From positions 114,002 through 178,001 of the forward strand of contig JBMORT010000002.1 of assembly GCA_049319825.1 (NCBI GenBank): DNA of 64,000 bases, written 5' to 3'. A model generated the notes under the pieces. It did not search any database, was not told the origin of the DNA, and saw nothing but the letters and a program-made list of their open reading frames with translations. Shown here one piece after another: positions 39,612 to 52,755 of the stretch. Both the position numbers and the translations under genes were made by a program. The DNA is from Patescibacteria group bacterium. GTDB lineage: Bacteria; Patescibacteriota; Patescibacteriia; UBA11705; DATKZF01. How positions within the stretch are numbered: position 1 is the first letter of the stretch; every line of letters starts with the position of its first letter.

Positions 39612-39971
39612 CTACCGATCTAACGATCCGCCTCCCAAATCCTTTAGCTCATCCAGCACCGCCTCGATTTCTCTGGCTCGCCTTTGCGATTGTTCATAAA
39701 CGAATTTGAATTTGGGCATTTTTTTCATGCTTCTCAATTTGCCGGCCAGGTGACGCTTGATTTCCGAGCTGTTTTTGATTAAAAATTTGAGTCCCTCTTC
39801 TTTTTTTTCATCAGGCAAAACCGTATAATAAATCTTAATACTGTCCAAATCTGGCGAAGTGTCCACTTTAGCAACAGTCAACAAAAAGTCAAGCGGCCGG
39901 TCAAGTCGCTGATTGATAATTTCGGCAATAGTTTGAAGAAATAGGCTGTCGAGGCGTTGTTTTCTTTCCAT
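39612..39971 (-). CDS. rbfA: ribosome-binding factor A
   Basis: 119 aa; KVDTSPDLDSIKIYYTV typical RbfA KH-like core. Confidence 0.8.
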   Translation of the reverse strand: MERKQRLDSLFLQTIAEIINQRLDRPLDFLLTVAKVDTSPDLDSIKIYYTVLPDEKKEEGLKFLIKNSSEIKRHLAGKLRSMKKMPKFKFVYEQSQRRAREIEAVLDELKDLGGGSLDR

Positions 39972-39974
39972 AAA

Positions 39975-40150
39975 TAGAGGAAATTCTAAGCACTAATATC
40001 TAAATTCTAAACAATATCGAAATAACAATGTTCAAAATTCCGAACACTCGCGTTTGGAAAATTCAGATTTTGATATTGAATTTACTTGCCAGCCGTAGCC
40101 TTGGCGAAGACTGGTTTAGGATATAGAGTTTAGAATTTTATAGTAATTAA
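39975..40150. repeat. family A intergenic element copy
   Basis: GGAAATTCTAAGCACTAATATCTAAATTCTAAACAATATCGAAAT…CAATGTTCAAAATTCCGAAC…TTTGGAAAATT. Co-linear with the 7921 copy. Confidence 0.55.
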
Positions 40151-40251
40151 TTTATACTAACATTATTAATGTTTCTTGACAATGGCCGCGGCTGAGCGTA
40201 ATATTTAATGCTCAGGCTTTTTATGCGAACTTCAACAGGAAAAGGAACAGC

Positions 40252-40869
40252 ATGAATATTAGAAACGCGATGAGGTATCTTGAAAAAAGGCTGTCAGCCG
40301 CCAGATTTAATCATTGTGTTAATGTCATGGATATTATGAGCGCGGCGTCCGCCCTTTATCATTTAGATCATGATGAAGCCGTTCAAGCCGGATTGCTACA
40401 TGACATTGCTAGGGAATTTTCAATTGAAGAAATAGTAGAAATTTTGGAAAAGCACGACCCCCTGCCGCTTTCGCAGCTGCCAATAAACTGTCATGTTGTG
40501 GAGCATTTGCATGGGCCTGCCGGCGCGGTTATCGTCTCGCAGAGGTGGGATCGGGACATAAAATCAGATAATGTCTTGATTGCGATCAGGCAGCATTCCG
40601 GCGCTTTTCTCGACATGTCAAAATTATCGCAATGCTTGCACGTGGCCGATGTGCTGGTTCCGATCAAAGATTTTCGAGGAAGGAAAAAATTGGAACGATT
40701 TTTTATGAGTGGTCGCCTGGCTGAAGCTGAAATTTTACTTTTTCATTTTGCGGCAGAATATTTTAGAGAAAAAGAACTTTCCATCCCGCCGGCATATGCC
40801 GTGAACGTCGAATCGCTTGCGAAAACTATCGGGTCAAAGCCGCCGGAGTTTTTTTCGAGAGAAGATTAG
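40252..40869 (+). CDS. HD-domain phosphohydrolase, YqeK-like
   Basis: H…HD motif (HCVNV…LLHDIAREF), 205 aa. Confidence 0.55.
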   Translation: MNIRNAMRYLEKRLSAARFNHCVNVMDIMSAASALYHLDHDEAVQAGLLHDIAREFSIEEIVEILEKHDPLPLSQLPINCHVVEHLHGPAGAVIVSQRWDRDIKSDNVLIAIRQHSGAFLDMSKLSQCLHVADVLVPIKDFRGRKKLERFFMSGRLAEAEILLFHFAAEYFREKELSIPPAYAVNVESLAKTIGSKPPEFFSRED

Positions 40870-40948
40870 CCCAGATTCACAGATCAGGGCTTTTTGTTGC
40901 CGCGATTTGAATTTTCAGCCGAACATGATACACTTTTATTGAATTGAT

Positions 40949-42256
40949 ATGAAAACGTTTATAAAAAAATTAGTACCCAGGCCGGTTCTAGCCGCGTATC
41001 ACAAATCTTTGGCTGTTATCGCCAAGGTTTTTTACGGCAATCCGTCGGAAAAAATGATCGTCATCGGCGTGACCGGCACCAATGGCAAATCATCAACTGT
41101 CAAATTGATCGCCAAAGCGCTGGAGGCCGGCGGCGGTAAAGTCGGCGCGACTTCGACCATTGAATTTAAAATTGCCGGCAAAGAATGGCTTAATGATAAG
41201 AAAATGACAATGCTCGGCAGATTTCAGCTGCAAAAATTATTGAAGCAAATGGTTGACGCCGGCTGCCAGTACGCAGTCATTGAAGTTTCCTCGCAAGGAC
41301 TCGACCAGTTCAGGCATATCGGAATCAATTTTGACTATGCGGTCTTTACAAATCTGACTCCCGAACACATTGAAGCGCATGGCGGATTTGAGAATTATAA
41401 AAAAGCCAAAGGAAAACTTTTCGCGTTTTTAACCCAGAAAAAAAGAAAGCAATTCGGAGATAAAAAAAATCCAAAGGTTTTTGTGATCAATAAAGATGAC
41501 GAGCACGCCCCCTATTTTTTAAGCTTTAATGCTGATAAAAAATTGATTTTCAGCACCAAAGATCCGCTCAGCGATGTTTACGCCACGGGCATTTCAGTGA
41601 CAGCCGAAGGAACGACATTTAAAATTCGCGATCAAGAAATCAAACTTAAGCTGATCGGCGCTTTTCATGTTTACAATTGCCTGCCGGCCATCGCCATCGG
41701 CCTGAATGAAGGAATTGAAATGAAGAAAATAAAAGAGGCTTTATCAAACATCGAAGTTATTCCGGGAAGAATGGAGCTGATTGATGAAGGTCAGCCGTTT
41801 ACAGTGATTGTTGATTATGCGACCGATCCTTATGCTCTAAAAACCAGCTATGAATCGATCGATTTGATCGATAAGAAAAAATTAATTCATGTTCTCGGAT
41901 CGTGCGGCGGCGGACGCGATGTGGCGCGCCGGCCCATATTGGGAAAAATGGCCGGCGAAAAAGCGGATTACGTGATCGTCAGCAATGAAGATCCGTATGA
42001 TGATGATCCGATGGAAATTATTAATGATGTCGCGCAGGGCGCCAGCGAAGCTGGAAAAATTTTGGATCAGAATCTTTTTAAAATATTGGATCGCCAGCAA
42101 GCGATTGAAAAGGCGGTTAGCCTTGCGGCAGAAAACGATTTGGTGTTTATAACCGGTAAGGGCGCTGAGCAGGCGATGGTGGTTAAAGACAATAAAAAAA
42201 TTCCCTGGGATGATCGAAATGCGGCCAGGGAAGCGATACATCACGCGGGATTGTAG
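40949..42256 (+). CDS. Mur ligase family protein (MurE-like, short N-terminus)
   Basis: P-loop VIGVTGTNGKSST. C-terminal VIVSNEDPYDDDP resembles the MurE DNPR region. Lacks the usual N-terminal domain, so assignment within the Mur family is uncertain. Confidence 0.6.
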   Translation: MKTFIKKLVPRPVLAAYHKSLAVIAKVFYGNPSEKMIVIGVTGTNGKSSTVKLIAKALEAGGGKVGATSTIEFKIAGKEWLNDKKMTMLGRFQLQKLLKQMVDAGCQYAVIEVSSQGLDQFRHIGINFDYAVFTNLTPEHIEAHGGFENYKKAKGKLFAFLTQKKRKQFGDKKNPKVFVINKDDEHAPYFLSFNADKKLIFSTKDPLSDVYATGISVTAEGTTFKIRDQEIKLKLIGAFHVYNCLPAIAIGLNEGIEMKKIKEALSNIEVIPGRMELIDEGQPFTVIVDYATDPYALKTSYESIDLIDKKKLIHVLGSCGGGRDVARRPILGKMAGEKADYVIVSNEDPYDDDPMEIINDVAQGASEAGKILDQNLFKILDRQQAIEKAVSLAAENDLVFITGKGAEQAMVVKDNKKIPWDDRNAAREAIHHAGL

Positions 42257-42493
42257 GCACAGGGCAAAACCCTGTGCCTGTCAGCGGCGGAGTAATGAGG
42301 AATATCGGCTCGCCATTACCCCGCCGCTGCGGCGCGCTGCGCGCGCCCAATCCCGCGTTTTTTATTATTGAACCTAAATTTTTATCAATATAAAATTTGT
42401 CAAATTTTTTTGTGGATAAGGAGAAAATTTCATTTAAAAATCAGACCATTTATCACTAAAATTAGCAAAAAAACGCCTGATCAAGAAAAGGCT

Positions 42494-42521
42494 TGACAGC
42501 CCCGGATAATATTGATACTAT
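42494..42521 (+). promoter_or_regulatory. candidate promoter upstream of rpoB
   Basis: TTGACA-16 nt-TACTAT, about 130 nt upstream of the rpoB ATG. Confidence 0.5.
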
Positions 42522-42654
42522 AAGAATACTGTTTACGCCGCTGCGCCCTTTATTTTAGGGCCAAAAGTAATATTTCACGCGGAAAAACTTATGCTCACAA
42601 CCTAATTTTTATAATTTTCTAAAAAACTCGTTCCAAGGGAAGGGGAATATTTTT

Positions 42655-45600
42655 ATGTCTAAAAAACTAAAAACAGCCGTAAAACGCAAATTTTTCACCC
42701 AGCCATACCGTTTGGAAATGCCTGATCTGATCAATATCCAAAAGGATTCGTACAATTGGTTTATCAATGATGGATTGCGTGAATTGTTTGACGAAATTTC
42801 ACCAATTGATGATGTTTCCGGTAAGGATTTGGAATTGTATTTTGACGATTATTATTTGGATGAACCGAAATTTGACGAAATTACCAGTAAGGAAAAAAAT
42901 ATTACCTATGAAGCTCCCCTTCGAGTCAAAGTGCGCTTGGTTAACAAACAAACAAATAAAAAAGATGAACAAGAAATATTTTTAGGTGATTTTCCTTTAA
43001 TGACCGATCGCGGCACATTTATCATCAACGGCATCGAAAGAGCCATTGTATCTCAGATCATCAGATCATCGGGCGTGTTTTTTACATCGAATTTCATCCG
43101 CGAACGCAATAAGACTTTTTATGGCGCGAAAATTATTCCCAATCGCGGCGCCTGGCTGGAATTCGAAACCGATACCAACAGCGTCATTTGGGTTAAAATC
43201 GACCGAAAGAGAAAAGTGGCGGCGACTTCGCTGCTTCGGGCGTTCGGATTTACCACGGACGAAGAAATCCGCAACGCGTTTAAAGACGTCGAAACTCATC
43301 CTGACATCAATTATATTGACGCCACCATTAATAAAGACGCGGCCAAAAGCGTGGAAGAAGGATTAATCGAAGTATATAAACGAATCAGACCCGGCGATTT
43401 GGCCACGGCCGATAACGCGAAATCCTTGATCTACGCGATGTTTTTCAATTTCGCCAGATATGATTTCGGGAAAGTCGGACGATATAAGTTGAATCAGCGA
43501 TTCGGCGAGTCGCTGGACATAAATGAAGGCACCAGAATTCTACGCGTTGAGGACATTGTCAATGTGCTTAAGGAAATTATTAAATTAAACATATCGCAAA
43601 AAGAAGCTGACGACATCGATCATTTGGGAAATCGTCGCATCAGAGCGATCGGCGAATTGATCCAAAATAAATTCAGAATCGGTTTGGCGCGCATGGAAAG
43701 AATACTCAAAGATCGCATGACCACCATGGACCCGACCGTGATGACTCCGGCCAAGTTGATTAACGCCCGACCGGTGATCGGCGTCGTCAAGGAATTTTTC
43801 ATGTCCTCGCAGCTGTCTCAATTCATGGATCAGGTTAATCCGCTGGCAGAACTGGAGCATAAGCGACGAATTTCCGCCATGGGCCCGGGTGGATTATCCC
43901 GAGAGCGCGCCGGCTTCGAGGTCCGCGACGTGCACTCCACTCACTATGGACGAATTTGTCCGATCGCCACGCCGGAAGGTCCGAACATCGGATTGGTCGG
44001 TCACTTGGCCAGCTATGCTCGGGTAAATGAGTACGGATTTATAGAAACTCCATATTTTAAAGTTATTCATAAAATCAAAAAGGATTTAAAAGATCCCGGC
44101 GGTAAAAAGATTCTATTTAAAAAAGGAACGCAGGCTAGCGGCGCCGAGCTGGAAAAATCCATTATTCCGGCAGCGGACATTTTGGCTGCTGTCGATTCGA
44201 TCGTCAGTGACGAGGTGGTATATCTGAATGCGATTCAGGAAGAAAAATCAGTCACTTCTTCGGCCACCATTCAAACCGATGAAAATGGAAAAATTTTGAA
44301 AAAACGAGCCAATGTCCGCATGTACGGGGAACCGAGCGTGGCTTATACATTTCGATTGGATTACATTGATGTCGCCTCCAACCAGATTGTCAGCGTGGCC
44401 ACGTCACTGATTCCGTTTTTGGAGCACGACGACGCGGTCAGAGCTTTAATGGGCACGAATATGCAGCGCCAAGCTGTGCCGACCGTTAACCCGCAAGCGC
44501 CGATAGTCGGTACCGGAGTGGAAGAGAAAGCGGCCCGCGATTCAGGGCACGTGATCATTGCCGAAAAAGAAGGCGTTGTCGTCGCGCTTAACGCTTCTCA
44601 AATCGACATTTTGGAAAAAGACGGTAACGTGCGTGTTTATCGTCTGAGAAAATTCGATTGCTCAAACGCTTCAACCTCAATCAATCAACGACCGATAATT
44701 CATATTGATGAAAACGTTAAAAAGGGGCAAATTTTGGCTGATGGCCCTTCCACCGATCGCGGAGAACTCGCGCTGGGACAGAACGTGCTGGTCGCTTACA
44801 TGGCCTGGGAAGGCAATAATTATGAAGACGCCGTCATCATTTCCGAGCGGCTGGTTCATCATGATCGTTTTTCCTCGGTACACATTGATAATCATATCAT
44901 CGACGTTCGCGATACCAAGCTCGGTCCAGAGCAGGTAACGGCGGACATTCCTAATATTTCAGAAGAAAAATTAAAAAACCTCGATGCCGAAGGCATTGTT
45001 AGAATCGGCGCGGTGGTTTCATCCGGCGATATTTTGGTGGGAAAAATTACACCCAAGGGTGAAACTGAATTATCCGCCGAAGAAAAATTGCTTAAAGCCA
45101 TTTTTGGGGAAAAGGCCAGAGACGTTCGCGACACATCATTGCGCTTGGAACACGGTGAACAAGGCAAAGTGGTTGACGTGAAAATATTTTCCCAGGAAAA
45201 CGGCGATAAATTGCCGCCGGGGGTGATCAAATCGATACAGGTCTCCATTGCCAATCTGCGAAAAATCCAAGTTGGCGACAAATTAGCCGGCCGACACGGT
45301 AATAAAGGAGTTATTTCCAAAATCGTGCCGATCGAAGATATGCCGTTCTTGGAAGACGGCACTCCGATTGACGTCATTTTAACGCCGCTGGGCATTTGCT
45401 CCCGTATGAATCTGGGGCAGGTGCTGGAAACACATCTCGGATTAGCCGCGCATAAATTGGGCTATACGGTGGCCACGCCGGTGTTTAACGGCATTGCCGA
45501 AGATATTATTAAAAAGGAATTAAAGGCAGCCGGTTATCCGGAAAATGGCCAATTGACTTTGTACGACGGGAAAACCGGAGCGCCTTTCGATCATAAAATA

Positions 45601-46014
45601 ACCGTAGGATATAATTATATATTGAAGCTCAATCACATGGTCGAGGATAAAATTCATCAACGCTCGATCGGCCCGTACTCGCTGATCACTCAGCAGCCGC
45701 TGGGCGGAAAGGCGCAATTCGGCGGTCAGCGCTTCGGTGAAATGGAAGTCTGGGCGCTCGAGGCTTATGGCGCGGCCAATACATTGCAGGAAATCCTAAC
45801 CATTAAATCGGATGATGTGCTTGGTCGAGCTAAAGCGTATGAATCCATCATAAAGGGAGAATCTATAAAAAGATTGAACGTACCGGAATCTTTCAATGTT
45901 TTAATTAGAGAATTGAAAGGCTTGTGTCTGGAAGTGGAATTGCTCAGTGCAGGCAAACCGATAGATGTCGATGAAGAAAGGGATAATAAAACAACGCCAC
46001 ATAATTTCAATTAA
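42655..46014 (+). CDS. rpoB: DNA-directed RNA polymerase subunit beta
   Basis: 1119 aa with canonical rifampicin-cluster and catalytic regions. Confidence 0.97.
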   Translation: MSKKLKTAVKRKFFTQPYRLEMPDLINIQKDSYNWFINDGLRELFDEISPIDDVSGKDLELYFDDYYLDEPKFDEITSKEKNITYEAPLRVKVRLVNKQTNKKDEQEIFLGDFPLMTDRGTFIINGIERAIVSQIIRSSGVFFTSNFIRERNKTFYGAKIIPNRGAWLEFETDTNSVIWVKIDRKRKVAATSLLRAFGFTTDEEIRNAFKDVETHPDINYIDATINKDAAKSVEEGLIEVYKRIRPGDLATADNAKSLIYAMFFNFARYDFGKVGRYKLNQRFGESLDINEGTRILRVEDIVNVLKEIIKLNISQKEADDIDHLGNRRIRAIGELIQNKFRIGLARMERILKDRMTTMDPTVMTPAKLINARPVIGVVKEFFMSSQLSQFMDQVNPLAELEHKRRISAMGPGGLSRERAGFEVRDVHSTHYGRICPIATPEGPNIGLVGHLASYARVNEYGFIETPYFKVIHKIKKDLKDPGGKKILFKKGTQASGAELEKSIIPAADILAAVDSIVSDEVVYLNAIQEEKSVTSSATIQTDENGKILKKRANVRMYGEPSVAYTFRLDYIDVASNQIVSVATSLIPFLEHDDAVRALMGTNMQRQAVPTVNPQAPIVGTGVEEKAARDSGHVIIAEKEGVVVALNASQIDILEKDGNVRVYRLRKFDCSNASTSINQRPIIHIDENVKKGQILADGPSTDRGELALGQNVLVAYMAWEGNNYEDAVIISERLVHHDRFSSVHIDNHIIDVRDTKLGPEQVTADIPNISEEKLKNLDAEGIVRIGAVVSSGDILVGKITPKGETELSAEEKLLKAIFGEKARDVRDTSLRLEHGEQGKVVDVKIFSQENGDKLPPGVIKSIQVSIANLRKIQVGDKLAGRHGNKGVISKIVPIEDMPFLEDGTPIDVILTPLGICSRMNLGQVLETHLGLAAHKLGYTVATPVFNGIAEDIIKKELKAAGYPENGQLTLYDGKTGAPFDHKITVGYNYILKLNHMVEDKIHQRSIGPYSLITQQPLGGKAQFGGQRFGEMEVWALEAYGAANTLQEILTIKSDDVLGRAKAYESIIKGESIKRLNVPESFNVLIRELKGLCLEVELLSAGKPIDVDEERDNKTTPHNFN

Positions 46015-46033
46015 TCAATAATACTTCAATAGT

Positions 46034-49000
46034 ATGTCTGAAGCGTTAAAAATAAGAGACTTTGATTCAATCCGGCTTAAATTGGCTTCGCCGGAAGAGA
46101 TTACTTCTTGGTCTCATGGCGAGGTGACTCGGCCGGAAACCATAAATTATCGAACGCAAAAACCGGAAAAAGACGGTTTGTTTTGCGAAAAGATTTTCGG
46201 CCCCTCAAAAGATTGGGAATGTTATTGCGGCAAATATAAAAAGATCAGGTATCGCGGCATCATTTGCGATAAGTGCGGAGTCGAAGTCACCAGAGCCATT
46301 GTTCGCAGAGAAAGAATGGGACACATTGAATTATCCAGCCCGGTCACTCATATTTGGTTTCTCCGCGGCGTGCCTTCAAAAATCGGTTTGATTTTGGATA
46401 TTTCCATTCAAAAATTGGAAAAAATTGTTTACTTTGCCAATTTTATCGTTACCGATGTGGACGAGGAAGCCAAAAAGGAAGAGCTGGAAAATTTGAAGAA
46501 GGAATATAAATCAAGGCAAAAATCTATTGAAGCTCAGTTTGTTTCTCAATTAAACGCCACCAAGAATTCCTCACAGCTAAATGAAAAGGAAAAAAAGCAA
46601 AAGCTGCTGGAAATCAATAAATGGAAAGAAAAGGAGCTGGAGCGACTTGATAACAGTTTTGAAAAAAACCAAAAAGACCTGAAAGATCTCGAGCCAATGG
46701 CGATTTTGCCGGAAAATGTTTATCAGGATTTATCTTTAAAGTACGGACATATTTTTGACGCCGGCATCGGCGCTGAGGCGATAAGAGTATTGCTGGAAAA
46801 GGTTGATCTGGATCAGATGATCAAGCGCCTGGAAGCTGAAATTAAGAAGGAAAAAGTCACGAAAAAGAAAAAAGCGATCAATCGCGTTAAATTATTCAAG
46901 AGCTTGAAAAGAAACAACATCAAACCCGAATGGATGGTGCTTAAAGCTGTTCCGGTAATTCCGCCCGATCTCCGGCCGATGGTGCCGCTCGATGGTGGCC
47001 GATTCGCCACTTCGGATTTAAATGATTTGTACCGCCGTGTTATCAGCAGAAACAACCGATTGAAACGATTGATCGAATTGCGCGCTCCCGAAGTGATTAC
47101 CAGAAATGAAAAGAGAATGCTGCAGGAAGCGGTGGACGCGCTGATTGATAATTCCGCGCGCAAGACCAAAACCACAACCGCTTCTACCGGTCAGAAAAGG
47201 AATTTGAAGTCGATCGCCGATTACCTTAAAGGCAAACAAGGCCGATTCAGACAAAATCTGCTGGGAAAAAGAATCGATTATTCCGGCCGAAGCGTGATCG
47301 TGGTGGGGCCGCATCTGAAGCTTCACCAATGCGGATTACCGAAAAAAATGGCGCTGGAGCTGTTTAAGCCTTTTATAATTTCCAGATTGATAAAAGAGGA
47401 ACTGGTTCATAATATTCGCAGCGCCAATCGTTTTATCGAATCCGATCGCCCGGAGGTTTGGGACATCCTCGAAGACATTGTGAAAGGAGCGCACGTATTG
47501 CTAAACCGCGCCCCGACCCTTCATCGGCTGGGTATTCAAGCATTTCAACCGGTGTTGATTGAGGGCAAGGCCATACAGCTTCATCCGATGGTTTGTTCCG
47601 CCTTCAACGCTGACTTTGACGGCGACCAAATGGCCGTTCACGTGCCGTTGACCGAGGAAGCGAAGGCCGAAGCCCGCGATCGCATGCTGTCAATTAGAAA
47701 TTTGCTGAAGCCGGCGACCGGTATGCCAGTGGCGGTGCCGACCATGGATATGGTTTGGGGCTGCTATTATCTGACATTGATGAAAGAATTCGAACACCCG
47801 AAGCATTTCGTGGATACCAAAGAAGCCAAAATGGCTTATGACCTGGGTAAAATCGGTCTGCAGGAAAAAATCGTCATTCAAGTGGCGTACTCGCCGGAGC
47901 TGAATTCTAAGTTGAAAGATAAACGAATAGAAACAACGATCGGTCGAGTGATATTCAATCAACATTTGCCGGAAAAATTGAATTTTTACAATGAATTGAT
48001 TGATAAAAAGAAATTGGGACAGATTACCAGTTTAGCGCTGGAAAAATACGGTTTTGAAAAAACAGCTGAATTTTTGGATGATATTAAAAGTTTAGGTTTT
48101 GCTCAGCTCACCAGATCCGGCTACTCTTGGGGCATGGATGATCTGCCGGAAATTCAAGGTAAGAAAGATCTGATCAGGGAAGGCAACCAGCGAGTCGATG
48201 AGGTGCAGGAGCAATACGAAAGCGGCCTCCTGACTGAGGATGAGCGTTACAGCAAAGTGATTGAAATTTGGACTGATATTAAAGATAAAATTGTCCAGGT
48301 TAGTCAAAAATCGCTTAACGAGGACGGTCCGGTTTATACCATGATCACTTCCGGCTCCAGAGGTTCCTGGGGCCAGCTGACGCAGATGATGGGTATGAAG
48401 GGCTTGGTGACCAATCCGGCCGGACAAATCATCGAGCTGCCGGTCAAGGCCAATTTCAAAGAAGGCTTTTCAGTGCTTGAATATTATATTTCTACTCACG
48501 GCGCCCGAAAAGGATTGTCCGATACCGCACTGCGAACGGCCAATGCCGGATATTTGACCCGAAGATTGGTCGATGTCGCTCAGGACGTGGTGATTTTGAA
48601 AGAAGATTGCGGCGATACCGATGGCAGAATATTCACGAAACAGGAATCAGAGGCCATGGGCCAGACTTTGGCCGCCAGAATTACCGGCAAGATGCTGCTG
48701 GCTGATTTAAAAAATCCCAAAACCGGCAAAGCTATCGTTAAAGCCGGTGAAATCGTCACGCCGGAAATTGCTCGAGATATTGAAAGTATCGATATTGAGC
48801 GGGCTCAAGTCCGAACGCCGCTCAGCTGCAAATTGAGCCGCGGGTTATGTCAAAAATGTTATGGTTTTGATTTGGCCTATAATCGGATAGTCGATTTTGG
48901 CACGGCCGTGGGCATTATCGCCGCTCAGAGCATCGGCGAGCCCGGCACTCAGCTGACCATGAGAACCTTCCATACCGGCGGTGTGGCTGGTCAGGATATC

Positions 49001-49918
49001 ACTCAAGGTTTGCCGCGTGTCGAAGAAATTTTCGAAGCGCGCCCGCCCAAAAAGAAAGCATTGCTCAGTGAAGCGGACGGCACGGTGAGAATTATCGAAA
49101 AACCGAGAGTGATACAGGGGCCCAAAGGCGAGATTATCGCGCAAACCGCTTTTGGTGAGAGAACGCTGCGCATAGAGTTCCTTGATGAGGAAAAAGAAGA
49201 ATATCATTTTAAAGATCGGGAAAAAGTTGATGTCAAATTTAAAGACGGCGGCCAGGTTAAGCAGGGCGAAATTCTTTTCACCGAAGGCAAAAAGAAAGTT
49301 AAGGCGGTCAGAGACGGCCAAGTCCACATTAAGGAAAATTCGATTGAAGTCGTCAACAATATTAAAAAAGAAAAGGAATATGTCATTCCATCCGGCATCA
49401 CTCTTTGGGTCAAAGACGGCGCCGAGGTCAAAAAGGGAGACCAACTGAGCGAAGGCAGCGTTAATTTGGAAGAGTTGTATACGCTCAAAGGCAAAGAAGC
49501 GGTTCAGGGTTACATCCTTAACGAAATTCAATATATTTATTCCTCGCAAGGACAAAAGCTAAACGACAAGCACGTGGAGGTCATCGCCAGACAGATGTTC
49601 TCCCGCGTGTACATTACCGATCCGGGCGACACATACTTATTGGAAGGGGAAATTGTCGAAAAAGCCGAACTTGAGGAAGCGAATCACCAGGTAGCCAAGG
49701 GCGGCAAGCTGGCCTTGGCGGAGGAAATATTCCTGGGCATTACCAAAGTGTCTTTAACCACCAAAAGCTTCTTATCCGCCGCGTCTTTCCAGGAAACGGC
49801 CAAGGTTTTAATCAATGCCGCCGTTACCGGAAAAATCGATCATTTGGAGGGGTTGAAAGAAAACGTGATCATCGGCAAGCTGATACCCGCCGGCACCGGT
49901 TATCAGAAAAAAGATTAA
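46034..49918 (+). CDS. rpoC: DNA-directed RNA polymerase subunit beta'
   Basis: 1294 aa. Zinc-binding CxxC pairs near the N-terminus. NADFDGD catalytic motif. Confidence 0.97.
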   Translation: MSEALKIRDFDSIRLKLASPEEITSWSHGEVTRPETINYRTQKPEKDGLFCEKIFGPSKDWECYCGKYKKIRYRGIICDKCGVEVTRAIVRRERMGHIELSSPVTHIWFLRGVPSKIGLILDISIQKLEKIVYFANFIVTDVDEEAKKEELENLKKEYKSRQKSIEAQFVSQLNATKNSSQLNEKEKKQKLLEINKWKEKELERLDNSFEKNQKDLKDLEPMAILPENVYQDLSLKYGHIFDAGIGAEAIRVLLEKVDLDQMIKRLEAEIKKEKVTKKKKAINRVKLFKSLKRNNIKPEWMVLKAVPVIPPDLRPMVPLDGGRFATSDLNDLYRRVISRNNRLKRLIELRAPEVITRNEKRMLQEAVDALIDNSARKTKTTTASTGQKRNLKSIADYLKGKQGRFRQNLLGKRIDYSGRSVIVVGPHLKLHQCGLPKKMALELFKPFIISRLIKEELVHNIRSANRFIESDRPEVWDILEDIVKGAHVLLNRAPTLHRLGIQAFQPVLIEGKAIQLHPMVCSAFNADFDGDQMAVHVPLTEEAKAEARDRMLSIRNLLKPATGMPVAVPTMDMVWGCYYLTLMKEFEHPKHFVDTKEAKMAYDLGKIGLQEKIVIQVAYSPELNSKLKDKRIETTIGRVIFNQHLPEKLNFYNELIDKKKLGQITSLALEKYGFEKTAEFLDDIKSLGFAQLTRSGYSWGMDDLPEIQGKKDLIREGNQRVDEVQEQYESGLLTEDERYSKVIEIWTDIKDKIVQVSQKSLNEDGPVYTMITSGSRGSWGQLTQMMGMKGLVTNPAGQIIELPVKANFKEGFSVLEYYISTHGARKGLSDTALRTANAGYLTRRLVDVAQDVVILKEDCGDTDGRIFTKQESEAMGQTLAARITGKMLLADLKNPKTGKAIVKAGEIVTPEIARDIESIDIERAQVRTPLSCKLSRGLCQKCYGFDLAYNRIVDFGTAVGIIAAQSIGEPGTQLTMRTFHTGGVAGQDITQGLPRVEEIFEARPPKKKALLSEADGTVRIIEKPRVIQGPKGEIIAQTAFGERTLRIEFLDEEKEEYHFKDREKVDVKFKDGGQVKQGEILFTEGKKKVKAVRDGQVHIKENSIEVVNNIKKEKEYVIPSGITLWVKDGAEVKKGDQLSEGSVNLEELYTLKGKEAVQGYILNEIQYIYSSQGQKLNDKHVEVIARQMFSRVYITDPGDTYLLEGEIVEKAELEEANHQVAKGGKLALAEEIFLGITKVSLTTKSFLSAASFQETAKVLINAAVTGKIDHLEGLKENVIIGKLIPAGTGYQKKD

Positions 49919-49938
49919 TTCAATTAATAAATTGACAT

Positions 49939-51810
49939 ATGAAAAAAAGCATCGCTAAAAACATTACGGTGTTTGTTATCGCGCTGGTGATCATGGCCGC
50001 TATTTTCAGCATGTACAATTTATCATCCCAGGAAGTGGAGCAGATCGATGTCGTCAGAATGATTAACGAAATCAATCAGGAAGAAATTCAGAAAATTGAA
50101 GTTCAAGGATCGAATATTCTAATAACCTTAAAAGACTCCAAGCAACAGCGCTTGCGAAAAGAGCCTCAGGAAAATTTTTCGGAACTGCTTAAAAATTACG
50201 GCATCGATTCGGCGAAATTGCAAAATCTTTCGATCGAGGTGGTTGAAGAAAGGGGCTGGGCCTATTGGTCCGGAACGATTTTTCCTTATTTGCTGCCGGT
50301 GCTGTTGATAGTCGCCTTTGTTTGGTTTATGATGCGCCAGGTGCAGGGAGCCAACACCAAGGCGATGAGCTTTGGGCAAAGCCAAGCCAGAGAATTCGTA
50401 TCCAAAGGTAAAAACAGAATAACTTTTAAAAGCGTGGCCGGGGTTAAAGAAGCCAAAGAAGAACTGCTGGAAGTGGTGGAATTTTTAAAGTTTCCGAAAA
50501 AGTTTTTGGATTTGGGAGCCAAAATTCCCAAAGGCGTGCTGTTGATCGGCCAGCCCGGCACCGGTAAAACATTATTGGCCAAAGCGGTGGCCGGTGAGGC
50601 CGGCGTGCCGTTTTTCAGCATTTCCGGGTCTGAATTTGTGGAAATGTTTGTCGGCGTGGGCGCGTCGCGAGTCAGGGATTTATTTAAAAAAGCCAAAAAG
50701 CACGCGCCGTGCATAATATTTATTGATGAAATCGACGCGGTCGGCCGTCAGCGCGGCGCCGGTTTGGGCGGCTCTCACGATGAACGCGAGCAGACATTAA
50801 ATCAAATACTGGTCGAACTGGACGGATTCGACCCCAATGCCAACGTGATCGTTATGGCCGCGACCAATCGCCCTGATGTGCTGGATCCGGCTTTGCTGCG
50901 ACCGGGCCGTTTTGATCGCCGAGTTGTTTTAGACATGCCGGATATAAAGGACAGAGAGCAGATATTAAAAGTGCATGCTCAGGGCAAGCCGTTTGCCGCT
51001 GATGTCGACTTGAACAAAGTTGCCATGCGCACTCCGGGTTTTTCCGGAGCCGATTTGTCCAATTTATTGAATGAAGCGGCGATTTTAGCCGCCAGAAAAA
51101 ATCAAAAGCAAATCAATCTGGATAATGTTTTAAATAGCATCGAAAAAGTCATATTGGGTCCCGAAAGAAAGAGCCGGGCTTTTTCCGATGATGAAAAAAA
51201 GGTCACGGCTTATCACGAAGCCGGCCATGCGTTGGTGGCGCATCTTTTGCCCGGCACTGATCAGGTTCAAAAAGTATCAATTGTCTCCAGGGGACAGGCT
51301 GCCGGGTACACCCTGAAAATGCCCGTTGAAGACAGGCATCTTCATAAGCGGTCGGAATTCATCAATGATTTGGCGGTGTTGCTGGCTGGCCATACCACGG
51401 AAAAATTGATTTTTGGAGAAGTGACTACCGGCGCCTCGAGCGATCTGAAGCGGGCGACCGAGCTGGCTCGCGATATCATCACCCGATTCGGCATGTGCGA
51501 AAATTTGGTTCCCCGGGTATACGGTGAAAAAGAGGAGCTGGTATTTTTAGGCCGAGATATCAGGGAGCAAAGGAACTACAGCGAAAAAGTGGCCGAAACA
51601 ATTGACCGCGAAATCGATGGATTGATTAAACAAGCGGTCGAGACGGCGCAAAAGATCATTCATGATCACCGGCGAAAACTGGAAGAAATCGTGGAGAGAC
51701 TGATTAGCCAAGAAACGATTGAACGCGACGAATTTATGAGACTGATGGATAAAAATAATGGTGAAAAGCAAAATCACCGGCCAGCTCAAGCTGACATAAA
51801 AATTAATTAA
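49939..51810 (+). CDS. ftsH: ATP-dependent zinc metalloprotease FtsH
   Basis: Two N-terminal TM segments, AAA Walker A GPPGTGKT-like (GQPGTGKT), second region of homology, HEAGH zinc site. Confidence 0.95.
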   Translation: MKKSIAKNITVFVIALVIMAAIFSMYNLSSQEVEQIDVVRMINEINQEEIQKIEVQGSNILITLKDSKQQRLRKEPQENFSELLKNYGIDSAKLQNLSIEVVEERGWAYWSGTIFPYLLPVLLIVAFVWFMMRQVQGANTKAMSFGQSQAREFVSKGKNRITFKSVAGVKEAKEELLEVVEFLKFPKKFLDLGAKIPKGVLLIGQPGTGKTLLAKAVAGEAGVPFFSISGSEFVEMFVGVGASRVRDLFKKAKKHAPCIIFIDEIDAVGRQRGAGLGGSHDEREQTLNQILVELDGFDPNANVIVMAATNRPDVLDPALLRPGRFDRRVVLDMPDIKDREQILKVHAQGKPFAADVDLNKVAMRTPGFSGADLSNLLNEAAILAARKNQKQINLDNVLNSIEKVILGPERKSRAFSDDEKKVTAYHEAGHALVAHLLPGTDQVQKVSIVSRGQAAGYTLKMPVEDRHLHKRSEFINDLAVLLAGHTTEKLIFGEVTTGASSDLKRATELARDIITRFGMCENLVPRVYGEKEELVFLGRDIREQRNYSEKVAETIDREIDGLIKQAVETAQKIIHDHRRKLEEIVERLISQETIERDEFMRLMDKNNGEKQNHRPAQADIKIN

Positions 51811-51816
51811 GCTGCG

Positions 51817-52650
51817 TTGAGCAGCTTTTTTATTATGAGAAAAATTATAATGATCAGCATATTCTCAATCGTCATCTGCTGCGCTTGTCAATATGAATAT
51901 CCGCAGCAAAATCAAAGCTTGATCAACCACATCGACGAAATTTCTAAGCCGGATTTCATAGATTGGACCAGCGCGGCCGAAGGGATGAGGATTAAGCAAT
52001 TTATCGACGCGGAGCAAAATTTGATCACCGTGGTGAAGGTCGATATATCAAAATACGATTGGGCGCTGGCGCAAGGCGAGCAGCCGCTTACTGTCGGCCA
52101 GTGGCGCGAGGCTTTAAAGTCTAAGGGCAAAGCCGCGGTATTAGTCATTAACGGCGGGTACTTTGACGAGAATTATCAATCAACCGGTTATCTGCGGGTT
52201 GGCGATCTGGAGTTTGGCAAGTTAAGCACCGATGGGAAAAACGGGTATACGGGCATGCTGTTAATTGATGACGCCGGGCCCAGCCTCAGGTATCTGCCCG
52301 CTCAAAATTTTAATGCCGCTGAAAGCATCGAGTATGGCTTGCAGACTTTTCCAACTTTAGTTTGGAACGGCCAAAACAAAATCGAGCAGGATAGCGGTCA
52401 AACTGCCAGACGCACTGTGTTGGCCGCGGATGAACGGGGTCAAATTTACATGGTCATCTCCGAATTATACATCAGCTTGCATGATCTGGCCGATTGGCTA
52501 ATCGCTTCCGAATTGAAAATTCATTCGGCCATCAATCTCGACGGCGGCACATCGACTGGGTTAGCTGTCGAAACCGAGGATCTGCATTATCTGACAAATT
52601 CCGCGCCGGTGCCCAACGTAATTTATTTACTGCCGGCCGATAATCAATGA
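51817..52650 (+). CDS. secreted phosphodiester glycosidase-family (NAGPA/DUF2233-like) protein, putative
   Basis: Signal peptide with Cys cluster. VINGGYFDENYQSTGY and AINLDGGTSTGL motifs resemble the phosphodiester glycosidase domain. Confidence 0.5.
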   Translation: MSSFFIMRKIIMISIFSIVICCACQYEYPQQNQSLINHIDEISKPDFIDWTSAAEGMRIKQFIDAEQNLITVVKVDISKYDWALAQGEQPLTVGQWREALKSKGKAAVLVINGGYFDENYQSTGYLRVGDLEFGKLSTDGKNGYTGMLLIDDAGPSLRYLPAQNFNAAESIEYGLQTFPTLVWNGQNKIEQDSGQTARRTVLAADERGQIYMVISELYISLHDLADWLIASELKIHSAINLDGGTSTGLAVETEDLHYLTNSAPVPNVIYLLPADNQ

Positions 52651-52755
52651 TTTTCATTTGTTAATAACTTTTTCGCATAAAATTCTACCTCTGATATAAT
52701 AAAATTAGCTTGAAGTCAAGTTAATTTTAGTAATTACTGAAATAAAAATAAAAAT

